DNA of 64,000 nt, taken from NCBI RefSeq assembly GCF_032191835.1, contig NC_083234.1:56916001-56980000 (forward strand), given 5' to 3'. A model generated the notes under the pieces. The model made no database searches. It was not told where the DNA came from and was given only the letters and a program-made list of their open reading frames with translations. The stretch comes from Heteronotia binoei (lineage: Eukaryota). Position 1 is the first letter of the stretch. Every line of letters starts with the position of its first letter. Positions 1 to 13,600 of this stretch are shown piece by piece. The translations under genes and the position numbers were made by a program.

Positions 1-1606
1 ACAGGGAACAAGAACAAAACCACGTTAAGTACCTTTTTCCATCCACAGGAGCTAATGTAACTGCCAGTCAGGTCTGTGACGAGCATCTGACATATCTGAT
101 AAAACCCAACCCCTATTATACAGTAAGGCATAAACTTAATTAAAACAATACTATGAGGGACAGACTATTCTGATTTTTCTTCAAGTGTATCTTCAATGTA
201 TCGGTGGGTCAGGAAGCTCTTAGACAAATACTACTTCACAAGTTCCTGCAAAGCCTGGCAATTTAATGTTTAGGCTTTGGAACTAGTACCATTGAAACAG
301 AAAATATATAGTATTTTCTAGGACAAAGGTCACTTGCTTAGAAATAATGCACCACATCTGTGCTGCAGAGGGTCATGGGAGAGAACCAAAGTTTTGAACA
401 GTGAACAAATGTAAACAAAATGGATGTATACATGAATCTTCAGGTCTTCTCACTAAAATTCTGCCACAGTGCTTAGAGTGTTGGACTAGGCTCTTAGTTA
501 ACTCAGGCTCAACACACATCCTGCCCCTCCCCCACCATGGAAACTTGCTGGGTGACTTTGGGCCAGTCAAACAGTCTCAGCCTAACCCACCTTACAGGCT
601 TGCTGTTGTAAGGGTAAAATGGTGGAGGGGAAAACAATGTAAGTTACTTCAGGTCTCCCCACTGAAGAAAAATGTAGGATTTGAATGAAGTAAATAACAA
701 AACAAAATACAAAAATAAACAGAATATCTCATACATACAATGTGTGTTTTAAAACAGCAGAAAATAAGTAGCAAGACCCTAACAGCTACGTAGGAAAATT
801 ACATGGCATAGCTACCCTTGGACAGTACTGATTCAAAACACAGGCAAGGAGATTGCATGCTCAGCATAATCTTGGTATGATGCTAGACTCCTCCTCCCTG
901 AACTGCTATTTTTCTACAACTAAGGAATTGGTTGGTGTCTCTTCTAACATTCCACAGAAAGTCTAAAGTGAGAGTGTGTGGGAAGATCCACTTAGATATG
1001 TATGGCTTTAAGAAGACCTCTTAAGAAGAGAACCAAAACTATTACAATATTCTAAGCCCGTCCTGACAAATGCAAAATTAACACTGAAGTCTACCCAATC
1101 ACCCAGAAAGGTTATTCAAGTTATGAAGTTCTTGCAAAGGCTGGTTGGGTGTTTTTCCCCCTAGTGTACTAGAATTGCTAAGCTGGGCTACACCCACGGT
1201 ACAAGGTACAGCTTGTTCAACATTCAGTAGTTTAGACCAGCCTGACAGATCCTTCCAGAAAGTCCAAAAATAGGAAAACAAATTGCTATTCCTGGTATTT
1301 TGCTGCTCAATGGCTTGCACAAAGACTGCCTTTGAATAGGAAGTTATAACTAAAAGCTATAAACTGAAGCATAGGTATGGCTGCCTCTGAACCTGTTCTG
1401 CTCATGGTACAGCCCTCCTCTAATGGAAGAGGTATTTCTGCCAGAGAAATGTTCCTTGTACCATAGAGAGGCTCTGAAATTAGAAGATAAGGTTCATAGG
1501 ATGCAGCTCTTTGAAGCTGTGCTTTGGCACATCCCCACCCCTGATCTTGTGCATTCCACATCCTTTGCCCCCCTCCCCCAGCCCATGCTCTCATACGCAG
1601 CACTAC

Positions 1607-4600
1607 CTCCTGCAGAATCTGGCCGATGGCTTTGTTCTGGTCCAGCTGTTGCCAAGCCAGGATTTGTTGCAGTTGCTCATCCATCTTCACTATGCTGCAA
1701 GAGAAATAATCCCAGAAATATCTCTGTTGGTTTGTGGGTGCTAAATGCAAATTGGGTGGGGAGCTGGGCACTGAAGCAAAGCTTGAGGCCCTGGAAGTGA
1801 AGTCAGTTTGGGGGAAGTTTAAGGAAGGGCTGAAAAAGGAGCCTGGTGAATTGCAGTAGATCTGAGGCCATGACCAATGCCAAATGTTTCTTCTGTGGTC
1901 TCCTAGCTGACGACACAGCAGGCAATGGGTATAATTTGTCTTGATTCTCAAGCATAGATCTTGCACAGCAGCAAGTGAAAACAACATGCCAAGTATGGGC
2001 TGTTTAATCAAGACCTGGAATTGACTGGTTTGGTGAAATCACAAGAAACGTTTCAATAAATAATTGGGTGCCTTATTTTCAGGTGCCCAGTTCAAACATG
2101 AGCGTTAAGTGAAAATGCCATTGCTGTTTTTTATTGTTAAAAGATCCAGGCAACCAATCAAAATTTCTGGCACAGAGTCCAGACGTCAGAAAAACAAACA
2201 ATACCCCAAACCAGAGGCTGGTATTTTTCTGGCTGGAAACACTAGAAGGGGTTTTCCAAGGTGGTGAACTGTCACAAATAAAAGTCTCTGCCCAGAGCTC
2301 CCTGGAAGAGGGATAAGGGAAAGAAATAATATCTCAAAGTCCACTTCCTGTCTATGAGTACCTGTAAGCTGTTTTAACTTGTAATGGCCTATGGTTATGC
2401 AATAAATTTTATTACTACTACTAACTGTAAGTACCTGGTACAAGTCTGGTTGACAAGGTCTTGACGGCGTGATTCAAAGGCCATCTGGACAAGCTTGGTC
2501 TTGTACGTTTCTGCCAACATCTGTTGCATGGCCGCTGCAAGGGCAGAAAATACTGGGAGTCAATAGCCCACCCGGGCCCCTCTTCATGCACTTGCAAGGA
2601 CCGGCTTCTGGAGAACTGCTCTCTTTTACACTTCATGATGGTAGCAGTGTTTCCACAGAAGCAAACCAGGAACCCGTCTAAGCAGCTTCCAAATCTGCTT
2701 CTCATTGTTCCAAGTACTAGCAGAGAAGGTGAAAGGAGGGCTAAGATATTCCTTTGAGGGGCACAGCAGAGGAAAGTTAGGCCTGCCTCTTGGACAACAG
2801 GAACCAGATCAGCAGGGCATTTCTTGCTGGAGGAGAAACACTGATATGTGCATATTCCAACTGTAAAAATGTAGGTAACTTTATAGAAGGGAGGGCAGGG
2901 CACAGCTGGAATCAAACCTTCACACCATGTGATCTCAGAAGTCAGCCCTAAACACCCAACTGCAAATGCACCCCATCCTTCCTGCTAGGAGCCCAGGGAG
3001 TGGATGTGCTTCCTACTATGAGACCTCCTCTGCTGAGCTAGTAGATGGGTGACTCAGTGCAAGCTGGGACTTCAGGGAGTTGATGGCGGCACTGAGCCTT
3101 GCTAAACTTGCCCATCAACAAACTCACAGGCCACTTCCCTCCTGCGCAGCTGCTCCGCCTCCTCCTGAGTAATGGCCATCAGCTGCTCCATCCTGATCCT
3201 AGAAAGCAATGAGAGAAAGTCAGCTACTGCAAGATCAAGGCAAGAGCTTCCCTGTTTATTTCACAGACTGCCATCTGCAGGTCATAGGGTTGCCAAGTCC
3301 AAGTCAAGAAATATCTGGGGACTTTGGGGGTGGAGCCAGGAGACATTAGGGGTGGAGCCAAGATCAAGGCTGTGACAAGCATAATTGAACTCCAAAGGGA
3401 GTTCTGGCCCTCACATTTAAAGGGACGGCACACCTTTTCAATTCCTTCCTTCCATAGGAAATAATGAAGGATAGGGGCACCTTCTTTTGAGGCTCATAGA
3501 ATTGGACCCCCTGGTCCAATCTTTTTGAAACTTTGGGGTATTTTGGGGAGGGGCACTATATGCTATACTGAAAATTTGGTGCCTCTATCCCAAAAAACAA
3601 CTCCCCCAGAGCCCCAGATACCCACGGATCAATTCTCCACTATTTTCTATGGGAATAAATCTCCATAGGGAATAATAGAGTTCCCAGCACACATTTCCCT
3701 CCCCTCCTCCTGCTTTCTGATGACCCTGAAGTGGGGGAAGGGCCTCAAAACTGGGGGATCCCCTGCCCTCACCTGGGGATTGACAATCCTAGCAGGTCAC
3801 CATATTGCTGGATCTGACTCAAGGCCCCATTAAGTCCAGCATCCTGCTTTCAGCACTGGACAATCAGATGCCCTCTGCAGTTCACAAGCTGATGGCCAGA
3901 TGCTGGAGATTAAAGCAATGAGGAATGGCCAAATGTCTTTTGGTGTACTGACCCAGCTGCTGTGCTTTCCAAAGCCATCCCAAGAACAAATAAGAACTCA
4001 CCGATCATTCTCTAGAGATTTCAGAATCTCAGAGTTCTGTTTTTGCCTAGAAAGACAGAAACAGGATTTGTTAGACCAAGAAGAGCATCCTCCTCCTAGA
4101 CTGTTCTCACTTGTCCCCTCGTACATCTCTTTCAGTCCCCCCATCTCCAAGCTATGAAAGAGTTCTGCCCTTCTCAAAAGCAAAACAGAATGAAATAAAA
4201 TATGAAATTCTGATTCTAAAAATAAACAACAGATAAATACATTCAAGGAGCTTCCTTTTGCCTTTCCCATTGCTCAGTTGCAGTTAAGGCTTAAAAACTT
4301 TTTTAAAAAGTAAACAGGCTCTTAAAAATGTCTTAACTTTTAATAAACATGTTTTGTGTCCTTGCTTTTTAATACTTTATTGTACTGTTTTAATACACAC
4401 AGGGCTTTTTTTGTAACAGGAACTCCTTTGCATATTAGGCCACACACCTCTGATGTAGCCGATCCTCCAAGAGTTTAGAGGGCTCTTCTTACAAGGCGTA
4501 CTGTAAACTCCAGGAGGATTGGCTGCAACAGGGGTGTGTGGCCTAATATGCAAAGGAGTTCCTGCTACAAAAAAAGCTCTGAATACACAAGTTCAAGTGT

Positions 4601-7600
4601 CTTGTTATTAGGGACAACTCACTCTGAATTCCTACTAGAGTAAACATTCACATGTTGTGAGTGTTCCCTACCTAAGGATCTTCCTGCCTGTGACCCTTTT
4701 CTCCTGTGGGAATATATGGAAGGGGAAGGCTTGCAGTTTGGACACACCTGCTTCATCCTGTTTTCTCCAGTATTTGGGGGTGAGTATGAGTGTGGGCAAT
4801 TGGGTAATCTCGCCTGAGGTTTTTCCTCAAGAATTCTGATACCATAAAGTAACTGCCTGTGCAGCTGTGTAACTGCCAAGGCAGGCTCCCCCTTGGTTGT
4901 TGGGGAAAACTGGCTACATCGACCTGAGTACTTGTCAGATTAACTATCATTACATTTTTAATAACCAGAATAGGAGTGAGTGAGCAAGTGAGAAGAAGGA
5001 GGGGGCTAGAGGATGGGCAGGGAAAAGAGAAAGAGCTGTTAGGGTTCGTGTTCTCTGCTATTATGTGTGACTGAGGCTGCTGAAGGAAGCAGTGTTCTGC
5101 TGCTAATTATATTTGAATGGATGCTTTCTCTCTATGAACTGCCTCAAGAGCCAACTCTTGAGATAAAAGGCAGAAGTATATATTGTAAATCAATGTTGGC
5201 TCATTAATTTAACTACTGCATTATTGGAGCCACCTTGATGATCCAGGATAACCCAATTGCATCAGATCTTGGAAGCTAAGCAGGGTGGTCCCTGGTTAGT
5301 ATTTGGATGGGAGGCCACCAAGGAATTCCAGGGTCACTTTGCAGAGGCAGGCAACAGCAAACCACCCCTGTAAGTCTCTTGCCTTGAAAAGCTTACGGGG
5401 CTGTGACTTGATGGCACTTTACAAGCACATGTTACTAGGGCCAGCATGATGTAGTAGTTCAAGTGTCAGACGAGCCAGCATCTGGGAGACACAGGCTCAA
5501 ACCCTTACTCTGCCATGGAAGCTTGCCAGGTTACCTTGGGTAAATCACACACACTCAGCCTAACTTACCTCACAGGGGCCATTTTGAGGATAAAATGGAA
5601 GGGGGATGAATCTTGTAAGCCACTTTGGGTCCCCACGGGGGGAGAAAAGTGGAATGTAAATTAAATAAATAATAAACAGATACACATTGCTGAACAATTA
5701 ATGACATTTTGATTATTAATATTAGTCTCTGGTATGTTTAATTTGTTCTGGTTTGAGAATCAGGAATTCCCTGCCAGCCAATCTTTTCTTTTCCATTCAA
5801 AATAATCACAGATTGGTTTCACCAGGGGACAGCTCCTGGCTTCTGACTCCTACTGCCAAATGTTCCAAGAATTACACTCCATCTGACCAACAGGTACTTG
5901 TCTGGGACCATGCCAACAAATCAGACTCTCACCAAGATGTTTTGAGTCTTGGCTCAAGAAATCCAGCTTGGACTGCTAAGAGCATAATTTCTGGGACTGC
6001 TGCACCCACTCTCACCCATCAACGCCTCTGACCTCTGGTTCTCCTCCAGCAGCTTCTGGATTCGGCCGGTGACCCCCAGCTCCATCTCTTTCAATTGCTC
6101 TAGCAGCTTCATGCGCTCTGCCTCCAGGCGCTGCTGGTGTCGTGACAGGCCCTGCTCCAGCTTCATCTGCTCCTGCAGCCAAGAGAAGAAGAGACGATTG
6201 CATTTATACCCCACCCTTCACACCCCAAAGGAGTCTCAGAGTGGTTTACAATCTCCTTTCCCTTCCGCTCCTCACAACCGACACCCTGTGAGCAATGCTC
6301 CCTCTAAGCTGTGGAGTCTTGTGAGCGACAATTCTACTTTGTGAGCTGCTAGCATCAAATTTGTGAGTGATTTGATTACTGCACACAATAGTTTGCTCTG
6401 GGGCTATCCTTCCTGAGCTAAAACAAAAATGTGTGAACCGGAGGCTAAAAAACTGTGAGATAGCTCACACTAAATCAGCTTAGAGGGAACACTGCCTGTG
6501 AGGTAGGTGGAGCTGAGAGAGCTCTGACAGAAACTGCCCATGAGAGGAAACCCACTGTACTTAATTAAGTCTATGGAAGCACCATCTCTCCCATGCAAAC
6601 TTTCAGAATTTTAAGCTCTGCAGGAGAAGCCTGGCTTTGGATTCCTTCTGTTACTAGAGAACGGTGAACTTCTAAAGTTTAAACAAAAAAATGAAGTTGC
6701 CTTAATGCACATTAGATTTATTGGTCCCTTTAGCCTAGAACTATCTTGCTGCCTGTCACTGACTGTCCAAGATATCATAAAATGTCTTTCCTAGCCTTAC
6801 TATTAGTTATTCTTTGAACTGGAGATGTTGAGGATATCTACTTATGTATATATGTGAGTACATGATGCTTTTCAGAGTATCATTGACCACCTCTGATTGT
6901 AGGAGATTGCAATCTAAATGTGGATAGTGGGGCAGGGAGGGATAACAGGCAAAGGGGAAGGGAGAAGGAAGCAGAACATAAAAAGAACTTTGTTAGATTG
7001 GATCAATAGTCCATCTAAGCCAGCATCCAACAGCAGCCAAGTAGATAGCTTGGAAGATCCACAGGCAGAGATACCGAGGCCAAGGTCTTCTTTTGTTATT
7101 GCCCCTCAGCAACTGGTATTCAGAGGAACACAGCCACTGGCCATGGCTGAAGCTGATAGACCTATCCTCCATGAATGTGTCCAGTCATACAATACAACAT
7201 TCTGTGGCACTAAGTTCCATAAGTTTATTCTGTATTGTGTGAAGAAGTATTTCGTTTGGTCCATCTGAATTTCCTACTGGTCAGTTTATCTGTGTTATCT
7301 CTATTACAGAAAGCAGAGAAAAAAGAATAGAGAGGGAAGAATGGAAGAATCAAGGGAAAAGAGAATGAACATAAACATCATTACCGCCTTCATACTCTGG
7401 AGGATTTCCCCCTTTTGACTTTGGTTCTGCTGCATCAACTGCGCCTGCTCCCTTTGCTCCAGGTCTAACCAGCGTTCAAACTCCAATTTCTCCTGCATTT
7501 TCTGCTCCTGAAAGAACAAAGAGCCTTGTCAATATATCCAAACCATGCTGGTCACTATTTAAGGTGTGGATCAAGTTCTCAAAAGAAGCAAATGAGACAA

Positions 7601-10600
7601 TAAACTTGCACTGGGATTGTACCACTTCAGACTGCAATGCAGGTAAGGGCTGGCAGGAAGGTATTTTTTCTTTAAAAATCCTCATAAATTAAAAAAAAGA
7701 AAACCCTAGCACATCAGGGAGGAAGTCAGGTAAGAACTTCACCCCTTGCATAGTGGGATTTTTTGAAATGTGGGATTTAAAAAATATTTTTGTATTGAGA
7801 AGTAGTATATCATACAAGGCCCACCAAAAATAAGTTTCCTTCCCCATTTGTGGCTTGTGAGGACTAAGGCAAAGTCAATTTCAGTAGATGGTGAAACCCA
7901 GAAAATCTGCTATGGAAAACCATGGTTTTTCCACCAAAGAGCTCAAGGTGGTGTATGCAGTTATTCCCTCCTAGATTTTATTTACAAAACAAATTTGTCA
8001 TGTCAGTTAGGATGAGTGACTGGCCCACCCAGTAACTGGGGATTTGAACCCAGCTGTTCTCAGTCCCAATCCGACTCTAGTCACTCCCTCATGCTTACTC
8101 GCTTGCCCCACCCTCTCAAATTTTGGGCAGTTCTTCTCACACTTGTGCCAGCAAAGTAGTTCAAGAGCAGAAAGCAAGCAGATAGGCAGACAAGTGGAGA
8201 CATGGTGCATCTCCCCAAGAGATCTAGACAGCACTTGCTGATGTGCAAAAGGCTTTAGTTTTATTTATTGCTTCCATTTTCCAGGTCAAGCACTTGTCTC
8301 AGATGACCACCTTGCTGAGGGCTTGACAAAAGTTACCCTTCCCTCTAACCCTAGCTCTGTGGTTTTTGCGCTAGAACAACCACTCCTCTCTTCTCTTCAA
8401 GAGCTCCCACCTCTCCTCCAACCCTGGCTCTGTGGTTTCTGCACCAGAACAACCTCTCCTCTGCTCTCCTCAAGAGCTCCAGGAGACTTTATTTGCAGGG
8501 GATGGCAAGAGCTGGCTTGCCAAAAAGAAGGACCAGTCAAAGGAAGACTTCTTACCTTCCGCTTCTCATACTCCAGAAATTTGTTCTGAAAAGGAAGCAC
8601 AAACAGAATGGAAAAGTGACCTTTTATGGGCATTCTGAAAGCCAATGCAGTGTAGTGTTCAGGTTCAAATTCCCACTATGCCATGGAAGCTTGCTGGGTG
8701 ACTCTGGGTTAGCCACACAGTCTCAGCCTAAACTGCCTCTCAGAGTTGTTGAGAGGGTGAAATGGAGGTGAGGAGAACAATGTAAACCACTCTGGCTCCC
8801 CAATGGGGGGAAAGGCAAGGCATAAATTAAGTAAACTAATAGGGAGCAAGGGCTGATTGTTAGTCTGTTCTTATGCTGTTGAACAAAAGTGACCATCTCT
8901 GAGCCAGAAAGAGCACACTGAAAGCACCTTGCTCAACCCACAGAATGAAGCAGACCTGTGAAAGGAAGATATACACCCTGGCAACAGTTCATGTCCCTCT
9001 GGTCTTGGTCCAGTGAGCAGTGCTGCACCTGAAAACAGTCCCTGGCAGGTCTTTTGGTGGTCCTAGACCTTGATGAGTATTTGGGATTAACAAATTCCCA
9101 AATACTCAAAAATACTTGAATGGCCAAAAGTATATTGCAAAACATTTTACAGTACTGACAGAGGCTAGAAGACTTTGTTCCTCCCGAAAGTATAAACATC
9201 CTCACTGAAGGTCATATTCCTTCACTGAAAAGTGAACAATTTTCCTACCACTGTGAAAAAGTCTCCTGGTTTGGAGGTCAGAACGATCCCAAGCAATAGA
9301 GGTTTTGCTTATTGACATATAATTAGTGTGGTAAGCTCACCAAATCTGCAAGGACCCTAGTAAACCCCTCCTAGAATGTACCAATCCACATAACAGAAGC
9401 TGACCTATAGGCAGGTCTATGTCTGACTCTGAGGAGTAAGGATAGTATGTCTTATTGCATTTCAAATTTCTGTGTTTTAAACTCAAACACTTCCCCTCTT
9501 GGTCTCATGTTGCACCCAATAAAAGCATAACAAATTGGACAGAGTGTCAAGCATATTGCACTAACTGTAATTATGTAGCCTGTCTTAACACTTAGGAATC
9601 AGTGTTACTTGAAGGTTAGAAGACTTTGTTCCTCCCAAAAGTATAAACATCCTCACTGAAGGTTGTATTCCTTCACTGAAAAGTAAAGAATTTTCCTGCC
9701 ACCAGGAAAAAGCCTCCTGGCTTGGAGGTCAGAATGACCCCAAGCAATAGTGTTTTTGCTTATTGACATATTCTCTGGAACCAAGACAAAAATCTAAACA
9801 AAGAATCTGAACAACACCCCTTGGCTATCTGCACATTTTCGGATGACCACCATAACCACAGAGTGCCACCCAGATGCTAGATGCCAGGAAGGCAGGGATT
9901 GGAGGTACAGAACAAAAGAGCTTTAAAGGAATTACCTCATCCTGAGTGATCTCCCAGAATAGAGATGGGTTTCTTTGAACCAATAAGGGGAGCTAAAAGT
10001 CTGAAGCAAGAACTTTGTAACCAATCAGCTAGGCCTGCTTTGTTAACAAAATTGTATAAATAGGTTATGTTTTGTGAAGGAGAGCTGAGGAAAAACGCGG
10101 GCAGGATGTTGGTATAGAGAGAGTTGTTTTTCCTCCTGCTGTCGATGGCAATAAAAGAATCTCTGGACCAACTCACTTAGACCTCTGGCTGTTGAGTCTC
10201 TTAAACTGGGCTGGGGACTCAACCCTTGGCACTGATGGTGTGTGCAACAGCAGCAACTGTCACTTCCTTGGGTGGTTATCACGGGAAGCCAAGACAGAGC
10301 CCAGAAAGGATGGGCTGCTTTGGGAGATGGCTGTTCTTGCTCCTAGTGAGCCCAAGGGTCCCTCTGCAGCCCCTTCTGTCCTCCTCTTCTGGAAGGAAGA
10401 GCCTAGAACAAGCAGCTCAAAAATACTGCCATACTCATCCCCTAACAGGCTTTGCCATGGATTGGATTTCAGTTGCTCTCAGCCACTTTGGGAGCCTTGG
10501 TTGTCTGAATACCAGGATATTTAACACAGATATAAAACAGTAAAACCAGAACAAGAGCGATTTAACCAATACATTTTCATTCTGCCTTTCCCTCAAGGAG

Positions 10601-13600
10601 ATTCGGGTGATGTGCTGCATTCTTCCTTCTCCACTTTATCTTCACCAAGACCATGAGGTCAATTAGGCTGAGAGTGTGGCTAGCTCCAGTAAGCAGAGTG
10701 GGGAACTGAAACTGGGTCTCCCTAGCTCAACCCTAGTCTCTTCACCCATATGTGAGATGGGAGTCAGAAGCTGTGTAAGGAGTGGGGTTCTGGTGCCTTA
10801 TCTACCAGGCCCACAAACCAGGCTGTGGCCTGGGAGCCAGTCTCCACTCCTTGCCCTCCTGCACTTCAATAAAATAAAGGCGAACCATTTCAAGGTTTGT
10901 ACACTGCATTTAACCTAAAGCACTTGTCCCCCCAACCCCGCCCCCAAAGACTGATGCTGCATCATACTACCCCAGACCATTGGTCACTATAGTAAAGAAC
11001 TGCCTTTTTTGATTGACAGCAGCTCTTCTCGGTCTCAGGAAGAGGAAGGCTTTTTTCAACACCTGTTACTGAAGGTCCTTTAACTAGAGATGCCAGAGGC
11101 TGGCTACCACTAGCTTGTAAGTTTCTACTGGGAGAGATGTTCCACATTCCTGGAGCAGCCCCCTGCTCACCTGCCATTCGGCTTCATTGTTCGCATATTT
11201 ACAAACCGTCCTGCTGACCCCATCCACCAAGGTCTCTCCTCCATCGCTTTCTAACACCGGGAGTAAATACTGGGATGGAGGGTTATATTCAATTCCCGAT
11301 TCTAGAGGGACAAAAAAATGCAGCACATCATACCACAAACCTCATATCACAACCTCTGTGAGAACAGGTAAGGTTCAGAGCTCATAACCAGCATAGTGGA
11401 CAAGGGAGATCAAGATTAAAACCTCTGCAGAGCCATGAAGCCCACTTGGTGGCCTGAGGAGACTATGAGTCTGAGCTACTTTGCGGAGTTGTAAAAAGAA
11501 AAGGGGCTAATTCCATGTTTGCCAATGTCATCCATAAACAAATCTGCCTGCTCAAATTAACGTTCACAACTGAATGCCCTTATTTTGCCCCAAGAAACTT
11601 GTCATGTGTTATTGGGAGCGATTTGAAGCTGAACATATGAAACTGCCTTAAACAGAGTCAGAGTATTAGTCCATTTCACTTAGTACTGTCTACTCTGGCT
11701 AGCAACAGCTCTCCAGGGTTTCTGGCAGAGATTCTTTAACAGGAATTGCCAAGGATTTAACCTGTTTAATTAAGGAATTGTCCAGCTTAATGGGATTTAG
11801 ATCCAAGGACTTGAGCGTAGGATTGCAGCCATACGGAGCTAGAACTATTCCCCTCTCTTTCAGAGGAGCATGATATATCTTCTCAATACTGGGCTCCAAT
11901 TCAAACTCAGTCTTACTCACCTTCACATAGAAACTGCTGGATGGCTTCTGTGCCAGTGCTGCAGATGGTGTCCGGGGGATAGGTCATGAATGAGGCATCC
12001 AAAGTCAGCATCTGCAGAACATGGACACACACAGCCAGAACTGTAACTTTCAAGTTCTGCCCAACCTGCAGATCAAACCAGATCCTAGAAAGGGCAGCAC
12101 ACCATTCAGAGTACAAGCTTCAAAAGATGCAGATCGGAAGCTTCAGCTGATTCCTAATGCAGCAGCACTGTTGCTAAACTAGGCTGCTTCTACTGAGCAT
12201 ATTCAGTGGATTTTCCAGCAGCTATGCTGGCTGCTGCTTTTCTTTCAAGCTCAGTTCAGGTGCTGGAACTTACTTTTAAAGCCCTCCATGAACCTGAAGG
12301 ATCGCCTCTTCCCATATTTTATTTATTTATTTTACTTATATCCCACCCTCCCTGCTGAAGCAGGCTCAGGGCGGCTCACATTCAAGGTCATAAAAAGCTA
12401 TTAATAAACCATAACATAAAAATATAAAGTACATCACAGATAAAAGCATATAAAACAATATAATAAAACAATGTCAGGTGATGTTTTGATCTAACAGCAG
12501 AATATATTGATGTATTAGTAATGGCGGGTAGCTGCCAATTCAGTCGATCTTAAGTTTTATTATTTAGCTATTACTGCTGGATGTCCTCTTAAGAGAAAGG
12601 TCACAGTAGAGTGTTCGAGGTGGGCCAAATAATGTCTGGTTTTTCTGCGGCCAGATGGTTTAATATCTATTTTTTTTCTGTTGTCATGGATTTTAATTAA
12701 AAAATGCCTAGCAGAAGCGCACCTTTTTTGCAGGCCCTGCAGAACTGTGAAAGCTCTCACAGGGCCCTAACCTTCTCCAGAAGCTTTTTCCACCAGCAAG
12801 GGGCCTCAACAGAGAAGGCCCTGGCTCTGGTCATCCTGGCCCTGGCCTCTTTGATGCTAGGGATCGAGAGCAGGTTTTGTGACCCTGACTGAAGTGCTCT
12901 CTGGAGTACATGCCATATGAGCCTCAGACCCCATGAAGACCAGCCCAACAGGCCTTGCTGGTAATACCATACACTCTACGAGCAAATGAACATTATGAGG
13001 GCCAGAAATCAGTAGAGAATTTTTTTAAAAGGAAATCTTTTCCAACATGGTTGGAATTTCCCTCGGGGGTTTCACAGCATCCTGGCAAGCACAAAAACAA
13101 GCCCACTCCAAACAATAAGACTACCCAGCCATACCTCTAGAGTTCGGATGTGAGCTAGAGCCTGGGGCAACACTCGCACCTGGTTCTCACTAATATCTAA
13201 GGTCCGCAGGCTACGCAGGTTGCTTAGAGTAGCAGGCAGCTCCTTCAGCTTATTACCTGCATTGGGAAGAAAAAAAAACCCTCATAGCATAAACATGATC
13301 TATGTCATGGATGGCCAGCTTCTTCACCCAGAAGAGCTGGACCTTTCATGCAAAGTACTGCTTCTACCTTGGTAGGCATCTTGTACAAAATAAGTTGTCT
13401 GGAAAATCCATTCCTACCTTTCACATTGAGGGTCTGCAGCTGGACAAGATCCCCTATCGAATGTGGAAGTGCCTTCAACAGGTTCCGTTCAACATTTAGC
13501 ACCTACAAGAGCAGAGAGATGAGATTGGAGGATGTTGATCTCTCATGGTCTGTAAGGTCCAGGCTGGGGCTGTGATTGGCCACACTCAAATCCTACCTAG

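Noticed and set aside
1307-2011. 234-aa minus-strand ORF
   Set aside because: Only 1607-1694 is a LRSAM1 exon; the rest is in-frame intron with no recognisable protein features.
8353-8482. Imperfect tandem duplication of about 65 bp
   Set aside because: Low-complexity, diverged intronic duplication with no sign of function.
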